A program made the position numbers and the translations under genes. Of a stretch of 64,000 bases of DNA, positions 39,108 to 48,060 are shown one piece after another. Below the pieces are notes generated by a model. That model was not told the origin of the DNA. It searched no databases and saw only the letters and a list, made by a program, of their open reading frames with translations. How positions within the stretch are numbered: the first letter of the stretch is position 1; each line of letters opens with the position of its first letter. Source of the DNA: Candidatus Nomurabacteria bacterium GW2011_GWE1_32_28. GTDB lineage: Bacteria; Patescibacteriota; Minisyncoccia; Phycocordibacterales; UBA9973. The stretch lies in NCBI GenBank assembly GCA_000989515.1, contig LBOM01000005.1, positions 2,709 through 66,708 of the forward strand, written 5' to 3'.

Positions 39108-39311
39108 AAATTACGAATTACGAATTGGATTCAATTGACCTTTAAAAGGGCCCGCCTTCATAGTAATGAAAGTGGGCCCTTAATTTTTGTAATTCGTAAT
39201 TGATTAGTCTTCTTTTGAGCCTTTAAATTCGTAATTCATAATTGTTAATTCGTAATTGATTAGTCTTCTTTTGAGCCTTTAAATTCGTAATTCGTAATTC
39301 GTAATTTTTAA
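39102..39311. repeat. Octamer repeat arrays plus two copies of a 44-bp unit (TTCGTAATTGATTAGTCTTCTTTTGAGCCTTTAAATTCGTAATT) and a GGGCCC-centred hairpin
   Basis: The 44-bp unit is directly repeated at 39190-39233 and 39251-39294; hairpin aagggcccgcc...gtgggccctt at 39143-39182. Confidence 0.75.
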
Positions 39312-39854
39312 TTGATTCTATAGTTGCTTTTTACCCAAAAATATGCGAAAATAGAGTTGTGGATATTTGGCCTCAAAAGCTATTGTTCTTTTATTAGACG
39401 AGTTATCCACATAATATATTGCTCTATCTTATAGCTATATATTATACTATCTAAAGTGTTCAGAGATTGCGCTTTTATTGAGTGTGTTCTGTGTTCACAA
39501 TTTATATTTGTTTTTGTTCATAATTTCGTCGAAAAAATTTTGAATAAAGGCAAGCCCAACAAAGGTCAAAAATTTGTTTGGGTAAAAGAAAGGTCATTGA
39601 AAACTGAATAAAAAATATCTTATAAAAAGTAAATTTTTTGTAAGAGATTTTGTTCAAGTTTTTAATCTCAATTGAAAAATAAAAAATATTAAAAACATTT
39701 TTTATCATCAATTGATGTTTAAAGAAATCTGTTCATTATTAAATTTTTTCGTCGCATTATTAATTTTTATAAGTTATAGACGAAGAAAAAATAATGATAG
39801 AAAAAATACGCTTTTGGTTTTGTCGAAACTAACTTAATGGCGTAGAAAAAAATT

Positions 39855-42800
39855 ATGAGTAAATTATTAAAATCAAAATTTTTTCTTGGAGTAGCAGTGT
39901 TCGCACTTGCATTCGTTGTCACAGCTTCAGCTATGGCAGCAGATGGTGTTATCACAAAAACTCTTAAGAAGGGAATGAAAGATGTTCAAGTTCAATATCT
40001 TCAACAGACTCTTAACGAAAAAGGTTTTACAGTATCATCAACAGGTGCTGGTTCAGCTGGTTCTGAAACAACATACTTTGGTCCTGCTACTGTAAATGCA
40101 GTAAAAGCTTTTCAAGCTGCTAAGAGTTTAGTAGCTGATGGTATATTTGGTGCAAAGTCACGTGCAGCTTTAGATAGTTCATCTACAGTTGGTGATCTTT
40201 GTCCAAATGGCATGACAATGGCAAGTAACTGTACTACTCTACCAAGTAGTACAACAGAAACTCTTTGTCCAAATGGCATGACATTAGCAAGTAACTGTTC
40301 AGTTGCTCCAGCTGGAAATTCAACTTCAACTGGTCCTATCGCAGTTTCTCTTGCTTATACAAATCCAGCTCCTGGAACATTAGTTACAGGTCAAGCAACA
40401 GCTGACCTTGCACACTTTAATTTCACAGGAACAGGAACAGTCACAGCTCTTACATTACAAAGAATCGGAGTTTCCGCTGACACAACACCTTCAAATATCT
40501 ATCTTTTTGATGGAGCAACACGTCTTACAGACGCAGCTTCTGTCACAAATACTGGTTTAGTTACTTTTGCAAACCCAGCTGGTTTGTTTGTAGGTGGCAA
40601 GACCATTTCTGTAAAGTCAGATATCTTGACAAATACATCAGGTCAAACTCTTGGAATGAAATTAGTATCTTACACAGTAGATGGAGTAGCTACAGCTGCT
40701 AACATTTCAGGAAATATACACAATATTGCTTCTGCAACATTGGCTGCAGTTTCTGCAGGTACAGTTACACCATCAGGTGCAACTATCAACCCAGCTGCTG
40801 CTGTAACACTATGGCAATCAACATTAACAGTCTCACAAAGAGATGTGTTGATGAAAAGATTAGCTCTACGTCAAGTAGGTTCAGCTCCAGCTTCAGCTTT
40901 CCAAAACTTTAAGCTCTATGTAAATGGAGTACAAGTAGGAACAGCTACAGGTCTTGATATCAACGGATATGTCACATTTGATTTAACTTCTGCTCCAGCT
41001 ACATTAGTAGCAGGATCAAGAGTTGTTAGAGTAGATGCAGATGTTGTATCTGGTGCTTCACGCACAGTTCAACTTTCTCTACGTCAAGCAGCAGATGTTG
41101 ATTTCGTAGATTCAAGCTTCGGTGTAAACATTACCCCAACTTCAACTCCATGGACAGGATCAGCAAGTACAATTTCTGGTACTTCAGGTGGATCATTGAC
41201 AGTTGAAAAGGATGTTACATCTCCTTCAACAAACTTAACTTTGTCTGGAACTGATGTAAATCTTGGAACATTCAAATTAACAGCTTATGGTGAATCAATC
41301 AAGGTTGAAACACTTACAGCTGGATTTACCTATACAGATACTTCAGCTGGTGGTAACACAGCTACATTGAGAAACGGACGTCTTTTGATTAACGGTGTTC
41401 AATATGGCTCTACAGCTACAATATTAGCTGCTGGAACTTCATTTACAACAAACTACACAGTAGTTCCTGGTACACCAGTACTAGTAGAAGTACATGCAGA
41501 TGTTTATGACAATGATGGTACTCTAGCAATCGAAGCTGCAGATACAATTGTTGCAACACTTAAGACAGGTTCTTCAAATGCTACACGTGTAGATTCAATG
41601 GGTTCGTTCAATGTTCCTAGTGCAGATGTCTCAGGAAATACATTGACAGTAGCTACAACATCTATCACATTATCAAAGAATGGAACATATGCTAACCAAA
41701 CAACAGTTCTTCCAGCAACTAATTTCAAAATTGGTTCATGGAATTTGACTGGTAGTTCAGTAGAAGATGTTCTTTTGACAACATTGTCATTTGATGCTGA
41801 TGAGGTAGTTGGTACAGAATTTGACGAAGGTGATATGACAAATATGTATGTAGTAGTAAAGAGTGGTTCAACAACAGTTGCTCAACCTTCACCACTAGGT
41901 ACAGTGTCAGCAGCCGACAACAATTTCTCAATCAATTACACTCTTCCTAAAAATGGAAGTGTAACAATTGAATTGTTTGCTAATCTTTCTGATGATGGTC
42001 TTGATTCTGCTATTGATGCAGCTGATTCATTCAAAACAGATCTTACTATAACAGGTACTTCTCTTGTTTCTGGTCAATCTGTCACAGCTACTTCAGCTGA
42101 TACAGATGGTCAAACAATTGCTTATGGTTCAGCTTCAATCACTGTCACAAAAGATGCTTCAACACCAGTTGCAGCTATCGTTTATGACAACCAAGAAGTA
42201 ACAACAGCAGCATTGAAATTTGCAGCTGTCACTTCAGGTTACAACGTAACAGATCTTACATTTACAGTTGATTCTACAACAGTAGCTAATACAGTCAATC
42301 TTTATGATGGTTCTACTTTGTTAGCATCACAAGCAGGTGGAGTATCTCCATTGACTTTCTCAGGATTGGCATGGAACATTCCAGCTAATACAAATAAAGT
42401 CCTTACTGTTAAATTAGTATTAGGTGAAGTTTCTGATTCAGGTGCTGGTAGTACAAACGGTGCTGCATTGTTAACAACATTGACATCCTTTACTGCAACT
42501 TCAACATCAACAGGTGTTTCAGCAGCGGGTACTATCACAAGTGGAGCAGGAAATGTAGCATACGTTTATGCAGCAGTTCCTTCTCTTGAAAATGTATCTT
42601 TGTCTTCTACTAATGTTACTGCAGGTACAAATGTATTTGCTAAATACAAAGTTACTTCAAATGGAGGTCCTACAGCATGGGAAAAAACAATCTTTACTAT
42701 TGCTCGTGCAACAACAGGTGCAGCAGTTGCAAATACCTTTACTCTTTGGGATGAAAACAATACCCAAGTAGCAGGTACAGCAACTCTAACCGATGCAGGT

Positions 42801-43145
42801 ACAGCAGATAACGATTGTGCTGATGCTCTTGATACTTCATGTACAGTTACATTTGTTGCAACTACAGAACAGCAAGTAAGTACTTCAAAGACATACTCAT
42901 TAAAGGGTTCAGTCTCTGGTACACTTACTGATGGAGATTACTTCTCTACTTCTATAGCTCAACCTTCAAGTTTTGTAGCAGCTGATGATTACACAGCAGT
43001 TGCTGCAACAGCAGCTACATTTGTATGGTCAGATATGACTGGTATTGGTCATGACATTACAAGTGAGACTGTTCTTGATTGGAACAATGGATATCTTGTA
43101 AAAATTCTTCCTCTTGATGCACAAACTTTGACTAGATCACTCTAG
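39855..43145 (+). CDS. Large Thr/Ser/Ala/Gly-rich surface (S-layer-like) protein with N-terminal signal peptide and peptidoglycan-binding (PG_binding_1-like) domain
   Basis: Signal MSKLLKSKFFLGVAVFALAFVVTASAMA; motif VQVQYLQQTLNEKGF...GPATVNAVKAFQAAKSLVADGIFGAKSRAAL; 1096 aa low-complexity beta-rich; codon usage distinct from neighbours; about 540-bp AT-rich upstream region. Confidence 0.5.
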   Translation: MSKLLKSKFFLGVAVFALAFVVTASAMAADGVITKTLKKGMKDVQVQYLQQTLNEKGFTVSSTGAGSAGSETTYFGPATVNAVKAFQAAKSLVADGIFGAKSRAALDSSSTVGDLCPNGMTMASNCTTLPSSTTETLCPNGMTLASNCSVAPAGNSTSTGPIAVSLAYTNPAPGTLVTGQATADLAHFNFTGTGTVTALTLQRIGVSADTTPSNIYLFDGATRLTDAASVTNTGLVTFANPAGLFVGGKTISVKSDILTNTSGQTLGMKLVSYTVDGVATAANISGNIHNIASATLAAVSAGTVTPSGATINPAAAVTLWQSTLTVSQRDVLMKRLALRQVGSAPASAFQNFKLYVNGVQVGTATGLDINGYVTFDLTSAPATLVAGSRVVRVDADVVSGASRTVQLSLRQAADVDFVDSSFGVNITPTSTPWTGSASTISGTSGGSLTVEKDVTSPSTNLTLSGTDVNLGTFKLTAYGESIKVETLTAGFTYTDTSAGGNTATLRNGRLLINGVQYGSTATILAAGTSFTTNYTVVPGTPVLVEVHADVYDNDGTLAIEAADTIVATLKTGSSNATRVDSMGSFNVPSADVSGNTLTVATTSITLSKNGTYANQTTVLPATNFKIGSWNLTGSSVEDVLLTTLSFDADEVVGTEFDEGDMTNMYVVVKSGSTTVAQPSPLGTVSAADNNFSINYTLPKNGSVTIELFANLSDDGLDSAIDAADSFKTDLTITGTSLVSGQSVTATSADTDGQTIAYGSASITVTKDASTPVAAIVYDNQEVTTAALKFAAVTSGYNVTDLTFTVDSTTVANTVNLYDGSTLLASQAGGVSPLTFSGLAWNIPANTNKVLTVKLVLGEVSDSGAGSTNGAALLTTLTSFTATSTSTGVSAAGTITSGAGNVAYVYAAVPSLENVSLSSTNVTAGTNVFAKYKVTSNGGPTAWEKTIFTIARATTGAAVANTFTLWDENNTQVAGTATLTDAGTADNDCADALDTSCTVTFVATTEQQVSTSKTYSLKGSVSGTLTDGDYFSTSIAQPSSFVAADDYTAVAATAATFVWSDMTGIGHDITSETVLDWNNGYLVKILPLDAQTLTRSL

Positions 43146-43256
43146 TACTTAGTTTATGAAATCTAGTCGAGTCTTTTAAAAGATTAAACTAAAGTTTCAG
43201 TTAAGTAAGTTTTCCTAAACTATAAATTGGAAGTCTGATTGACTTAAATCATCAAC

Positions 43257-43288
43257 AAAAAACCACCCTTAATTGGGTGGTTTTTTGT
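43257..43288 (+). terminator. Rho-independent terminator after the surface-protein gene
   Basis: AACCACCCTTAATTGGGTGGTT followed by T6. Confidence 0.7.
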
Positions 43289-43354
43289 TTGCCAATTTTT
43301 TTATCCAAACCTAACCACCTCCAATTCTTCCACTTCACCTAATTTCCCACAAGT

Positions 43355-43375
43355 CCCACAAGTTGAACTTGTGGG
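43355..43375. repeat. Palindromic repeat CCCACAAGTTGAACTTGTGGG (family copy 1)
   Basis: Near-perfect 21-bp palindrome; same core at 44205-44225 and 51044-51064. Confidence 0.8.
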
Positions 43376-43494
43376 AAATTAAATCTTAATTAAATAAGGG
43401 CCTTCTTTTCATAGTTATCCACAATTAGCTTTCCCCGAAACCAGGTTTCGGGGAAGGAGAAGGTGGGTTTGTTTTTGTTGTTCATTATATTATA

Positions 43495-44199
43495 ATGAAC
43501 ATTATGATGAATATAGATAAAAAATATATAAAAGTTTGGGTTATTATAGCTGTTGTTGTTATTTTATTAGGATTAGGTTTTTATTTTAAAACTGACATAC
43601 AAAAGAAGTTTTCAACCCAAGAACCTATTGTTGAAGACAAGGTTTTATTAGAAGATGAAGAAAATAATAATACTGAAGCTCCTTCAGAAATAGAAGTAGG
43701 AGTAGAGGAGACAAAAGAAAATGTAGATTTGAAAGCTAAATTTAACGAAGCATTAAAAAATGCACGTGAAGCTTTTGTAAAAAAAGAATATCAAAAATCT
43801 TTAGATTATTATAACGAATCACTAAAATATAAAAATTCTGATATAAGTTATGCTGGAATGTTTTCAGTGTATTCTGCAAAGGGGGAGACAGCAAAAGCAG
43901 TGGAAATGTTAGATAAAGCTATCAAATTAAATCCTGCATATACTGAATATTGGAATTGGAAACTAATCATCTTAGAAGAAAAGACGAGTGCATCTTTTGC
44001 TGATTTAAAAAAGATTTATGAAGATGGTTTAACCAAAGTAGATTATAGAACTAAAGTAAATTTAGTCACTTTCTTTGCAAATATTACGGAGAGGTTTAAT
44101 CAAAAAGAGGAGGCCATATCACTTTGGACTTATGCACAAGAACTCTATCCAGAAAATAAAGAAATTTATCAGAAAGAGATAGATAGATTAACTGAATAA
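43495..44199 (+). CDS. Membrane-anchored TPR-repeat protein
   Basis: N-terminal TM (VWVIIAVVVILLGLGFYF), then TPR-like helical repeats (AKFNEALKNAREAFVKKEYQKSLDYYNESLKYK...). Confidence 0.45.
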   Translation: MNIMMNIDKKYIKVWVIIAVVVILLGLGFYFKTDIQKKFSTQEPIVEDKVLLEDEENNNTEAPSEIEVGVEETKENVDLKAKFNEALKNAREAFVKKEYQKSLDYYNESLKYKNSDISYAGMFSVYSAKGETAKAVEMLDKAIKLNPAYTEYWNWKLIILEEKTSASFADLKKIYEDGLTKVDYRTKVNLVTFFANITERFNQKEEAISLWTYAQELYPENKEIYQKEIDRLTE

Positions 44200-44204
44200 G
44201 TGGT

Positions 44205-44225
44205 CCCCACAAGTTCAACTTGTGG
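44205..44225. repeat. Palindromic repeat CCCCACAAGTTCAACTTGTGG (family copy 2), followed by a second hairpin AAAACCACCTGATGGTGGTTTT
   Basis: Direct reading; lies 6 bp after the stop of the TPR gene. Confidence 0.8.
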
Positions 44226-44301
44226 AAACACTAAAACCACCTGATGGTGGTTTTAGTGTTTATTTTATGGTATAATAACAATACGTAATATTTATACTCT
44301 T

Positions 44302-44877
44302 TTGGTCGATACAAAATCTCTTTTTATATTTATACGCATTATTATAATAATTTCTAAAAATTTTATGGAAAATGAAAATAAAAACAATAAGGTTGTCTAT
44401 TATGTTATAGGTGTAGTTATCGTTGTTGTTTTAATTCTTTTAGTTGTTTTGAATATGCAAACTTCTAATGAAACAATTACTCCAAATACAGATGATGAGA
44501 CGGCACTCGAGTCTGATCTAACGGCTGAGGATATCACAAAAATCTCAGAAGATACTAGTGAGGGGAGTATAAATGTTGGTGCTAGTGTTTCTACGATTTC
44601 TTATGCAGATGCATTGATAAAATATGCAGACAAAAGAATTCAATTTGATACAGCATGTCAGACATTTCCAAATACTGTCACATATAAAGATAATACTGGT
44701 ATCATGCTTGACAATCGTTCATCAATATCTAGAACTATTAAAGTAGGAACCAATTACACAGTTAAACCTTGGAGTTTTAAAATTGTTGTTCTACCAAATA
44801 TTTATCTTCAATCAAAAACTATCCTAGTAGATTGTGATAAATCTCAAAACGTAGCAACCATTCTAGTCCAAGAATAA
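44302..44877 (+). CDS. Hypothetical secreted/membrane-anchored protein (probable start at M 44365)
   Basis: TM anchor VVYYVIGVVIVVVLILLVVL then about 130 aa soluble domain. Confidence 0.35.
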   Translation: MVDTKSLFIFIRIIIIISKNFMENENKNNKVVYYVIGVVIVVVLILLVVLNMQTSNETITPNTDDETALESDLTAEDITKISEDTSEGSINVGASVSTISYADALIKYADKRIQFDTACQTFPNTVTYKDNTGIMLDNRSSISRTIKVGTNYTVKPWSFKIVVLPNIYLQSKTILVDCDKSQNVATILVQE

Positions 44878-44885
44878 AATTTAAT

Positions 44886-45000
44886 AAATCTTATCGGGTG
44901 TTGGACACCCGACAGAAAGAAAGTTTTTTCAAAACACTCACAAAATGTGGGTGTTTTTTATTATATTATGAGATAATGAGTAAGTTGTATTTTTATAATT
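44886..45000. repeat. About 115-bp repeat unit A containing the REP-like palindrome TCGGGTGTTGGACACCCGA (44894-44912)
   Basis: About 85% identical to 45786-45900 in direct orientation; the palindrome recurs at 45086-45106 (inverted core), 45789-45815, 46137-46167 and 46636-46654. Confidence 0.75.
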
Positions 45001-45177
45001 TAATTTAAATATTTTTTTATACATTAAGTGTAAGGGGAATATTTTTTTACTAATGACGTATAGAAAAGTTCCACTTATATCTTCCGTCGGGTGTCCAACA
45101 CCCGACAGTTGAATAAATTTGAAGATTTTTTGTTGGTCTGTATACTTTTTTACTTTTTAAAAGTATATAATTAGATA

Positions 45178-45774
45178 ATGGATCAAAAACAACCATGGTT
45201 TATAAATTTGTTTTTAAATTTTAAAGGAAGACTTTTAATTATAGTTTTTATTACGATCTTTGTTACGTTAATTACAGTTATTCATTCTTTTGTATTGAGA
45301 TTAAATCCTTATTTAATCATAGAGTTAGTAATCACTGTTTCTTTTTTTGGTATGTATTTTTCTATTCCTCAATTGATTGCTACTCAAAAAAGTGAAAAAT
45401 TTAGAAAAAGATTATATCTTAAAAGTGGTAAAAAAATATTATCATTATTATCTTCGATTTCTTTCTATTTTATTTTATGTATTTTAATTGTTTTTTTATT
45501 TGGTATGGTTCTTGCTACTATATTTACTTCATCTGACAATGGAGAAATTTGGGCTTATTCTCTTTTTGGTTCTGGTTTATATGTTTTTATCTTTTGGTTA
45601 GCTTCTTTCTTAGTTGGTGTAATTTCTTTATTATTAAATTCTAATAAATCGGAAATTGTAATAGTTCAGGAAAGAACTCCTGTTAAAGTTTATTTTTCAT
45701 CTATTATTTTTATTTTTTTATCCGTACTTGTATTATTCTTTGTATTTATATTTACTGTAGAAAATTATTTATAA
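45178..45774 (+). CDS. Hypothetical polytopic membrane protein (198 aa) lying between the two 115-bp direct repeats
   Basis: 4 to 5 predicted TM helices, no motifs. Confidence 0.35.
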   Translation: MDQKQPWFINLFLNFKGRLLIIVFITIFVTLITVIHSFVLRLNPYLIIELVITVSFFGMYFSIPQLIATQKSEKFRKRLYLKSGKKILSLLSSISFYFILCILIVFLFGMVLATIFTSSDNGEIWAYSLFGSGLYVFIFWLASFLVGVISLLLNSNKSEIVIVQERTPVKVYFSSIIFIFLSVLVLFFVFIFTVENYL

Positions 45775-45785
45775 TTTTACTTTAT

Positions 45786-45900
45786 TATCTTGTCGGGTGT
45801 TGGACACCCGACAAGATAAGGAGTTTTTATAAAACACTCATATTTTACGGGTGTTTTATTTTGTGTTATGAGATAATAGTTATGGTTGTATTTATAATTT
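45786..45900. repeat. About 115-bp repeat unit B containing the extended palindrome CTTGTCGGGTGTTGGACACCCGACAAG
   Basis: Direct repeat of unit A. Confidence 0.75.
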
Positions 45901-45962
45901 TATTTTAATAAAGATTTTTAAAAGATTTCCAGTTATTGGATTTCTGTAGATCTTAATTTTTT

Positions 45963-46622
45963 ATGAGAAAAAATCCTCTTGTAACTAATCAGTATTATCA
46001 TATTTATAATAGAGGAGTCGATAAAAGAGATATTTTTATGAATAAATCTGATTTAGATAGATTTATTTTGAGTGTAAAGGAATTTAATATAGTTAAACCT
46101 ATAGGTAGTATTAAAGAGCGATTAATAGAATTAAAAGCCCCGTCGGGTGTTGGACACCCGACGGGGCTTGTTTCTATTGTCTGTTATTGTTTTAATCCAA
46201 ATCATTTTCATTTTATTTTAAAACAAGAAGTAGATGGTGGAATTTCAGAATTTTTTAAGCGTTTACTTGGTGGATATACAAATTATTTTAATTTAATACA
46301 CAAGAGAAATGGGGCATTATTTCAAGGAAGATTTAAGTCTAATTTGGTTGACGATGAAGAATATTTTTTAAAAATTCGTCCTTATGTGCATTTAAATTAT
46401 TTAGTACATGATATTCCAAAAGAAAAAAAGTATTTAATATCATCAAGCAAGAAAGAATATGATACTAATAAATTTACTATTGTTTCAAAAAAAGAAGCAA
46501 AAGAACTTTTGGATTTTTATAATGGTAATCTAAATTATAAAAAAGAATGCTTAGATGTAATTTCTTTTATTCGAGAAGAAAGAGGATTAACTTCTTTGTT
46601 TGAAGAAGAATTATTACCATAA
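45963..46622 (+). CDS. HuH-family Y1 (IS200-like / REP-associated tyrosine transposase, RAYT-like) protein; possibly degenerate
   Basis: YYHIYNRGVDKRDIF N-terminal strand, HuH motif NPNHFHFIL, C-terminal GALFQGRFKS...DDEEY...YVHLNYLVHD resembling RAYT LWQRGFYDH...YIHFNPV; a 31-bp perfect palindrome (46137-46167) lies in frame inside the gene. Confidence 0.5.
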   Translation: MRKNPLVTNQYYHIYNRGVDKRDIFMNKSDLDRFILSVKEFNIVKPIGSIKERLIELKAPSGVGHPTGLVSIVCYCFNPNHFHFILKQEVDGGISEFFKRLLGGYTNYFNLIHKRNGALFQGRFKSNLVDDEEYFLKIRPYVHLNYLVHDIPKEKKYLISSSKKEYDTNKFTIVSKKEAKELLDFYNGNLNYKKECLDVISFIREERGLTSLFEEELLP

Positions 46623-46723
46623 AAATTATCCCTTATCGGGTGTTGGACACCCGAAATGGAAAGTTATACACCTTTTTGCTTTATTTTTGTTGTGTAATGT
46701 TTTCATTAGCATATACTTGAACA

Positions 46724-47374
46724 ATGGATAAAATAAAAATATTTTTTGGTGCTCACAAAATTTTGAAAATATTTATGTGGGCTTTTTTAATTCTACTTGG
46801 ATTGTATATTATTTTGGTTGCTTTTCGTGTTGTTAATCTTTTTAATTTAGATAAGACAAATGCACAAGTAGAAAAGATTCATAATACAAAACTTTCTATA
46901 GATGATGTGATGGGTGTAAATCTTCCTTCTGATCCTGGTGTTGAAGCTGATAAAACTGTGCAAGGTATCGATGCTAATGAAAATGGTATTCGTGATGATG
47001 TGGAGATAGCTATATTTAAAGAATATCCCAATTCTGCAAAAACTCGCGCAGTCCTTTTGCAGTATGCTTTAGCTTTGCAGATGGAAGTAATTCAACCTAT
47101 TGAGAATACAGTTACTGTGACAGAAATTATAACAGAACAAAGCAGGGCAGATACTTGTGTTGCCGATACTCTTGTACCCAGAGAAAGTCCTGAATCTTCA
47201 AGACATTATTCTGATGTGGAAAAAATTAACACTTTTATTAAATCTATTGAAGGTAAACAATTTAATACAGAGGTAAGAAAATCAAATCATCAAAATTTTA
47301 TGAAAAATCTTAGAAGTTTTGGAGAATCAACTAATGAAATTTGTGACATAGATATTTTGAAGTTAACAGATTAA
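46724..47374 (+). CDS. Hypothetical membrane-anchored protein (216 aa)
   Basis: N-terminal TM FMWAFLILLGLYIILVAF; acidic soluble domain. Confidence 0.3.
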   Translation: MDKIKIFFGAHKILKIFMWAFLILLGLYIILVAFRVVNLFNLDKTNAQVEKIHNTKLSIDDVMGVNLPSDPGVEADKTVQGIDANENGIRDDVEIAIFKEYPNSAKTRAVLLQYALALQMEVIQPIENTVTVTEIITEQSRADTCVADTLVPRESPESSRHYSDVEKINTFIKSIEGKQFNTEVRKSNHQNFMKNLRSFGESTNEICDIDILKLTD

Positions 47375-47391
47375 AGTTTTTAATTTTTTAT

Positions 47392-48030
47392 ATGAAAAAT
47401 AGAATATTGTTTATTTTTATCTTGATCTCATTATTTTCATTAAGTTCTAGGGTTTTTGCAAGTGGATTATGTTCTCAGAATGGCTACACTATCGCAACTA
47501 TTAATGGAATATTTACTAATGAAGATGGTGCAAAAGAAAATAGAAATAATTTAAAAAAAGGTTTACCTCTAACTTATAACAACCAACCACTTACAGTAGA
47601 CTATCTATATAACCCAACGCATCTTGCTGGGCTAGGTGATGTTTTTGATGCTATTGCACAGGGGGCTTTCTTTCAAAGATCGGACTATGACCTTACAGAA
47701 ATGCTAAATGATGCAAGTCAGAAGATTGGAACCCAGAAACTTCTTTTAGTGGGTCATTCTCAAGGTAATTTTTATACAAATAATTTTTATGACAAAGTTT
47801 CATCACGTCCTGGTGGGATTCCTGGGAGATCTATCAGTGTGTATGGTGTAGCAAGCCCAGCGGGTTATGTGGATGGTGGAGGAAAATATTTAACTTCAAA
47901 TACAGATGAGGTTATAAATTTTGTTAGAGAAAAAAATACAATTGATGTCTTATCACCCAATATTCATATACCGTTGCAAGCAAGTGATGGCAATGGGCAT
48001 AGTTTCTCAGATGTATATTTGAAATACTAG
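47392..48030 (+). CDS. Secreted alpha/beta-hydrolase (lipase/esterase-like) domain protein; probably the N-terminal part of a fusion with the downstream adhesin ORF
   Basis: Signal peptide MKNRILFIFILISLFSLSSRVFA; nucleophile elbow LLLVGHSQGNFY (GxSxG). Confidence 0.5.
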   Translation: MKNRILFIFILISLFSLSSRVFASGLCSQNGYTIATINGIFTNEDGAKENRNNLKKGLPLTYNNQPLTVDYLYNPTHLAGLGDVFDAIAQGAFFQRSDYDLTEMLNDASQKIGTQKLLLVGHSQGNFYTNNFYDKVSSRPGGIPGRSISVYGVASPAGYVDGGGKYLTSNTDEVINFVREKNTIDVLSPNIHIPLQASDGNGHSFSDVYLKY

Positions 48031-48060
48031 GGTGATAGAATTGTTTCTGATATTAAATCA

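Noticed and set aside
48028-48030. Genome-wide TAG reassignment to explain the in-frame amber codon
   Set aside because: Many well-supported genes in this window terminate with TAG, for example pilB at 863-865. TAG is therefore a normal stop here.
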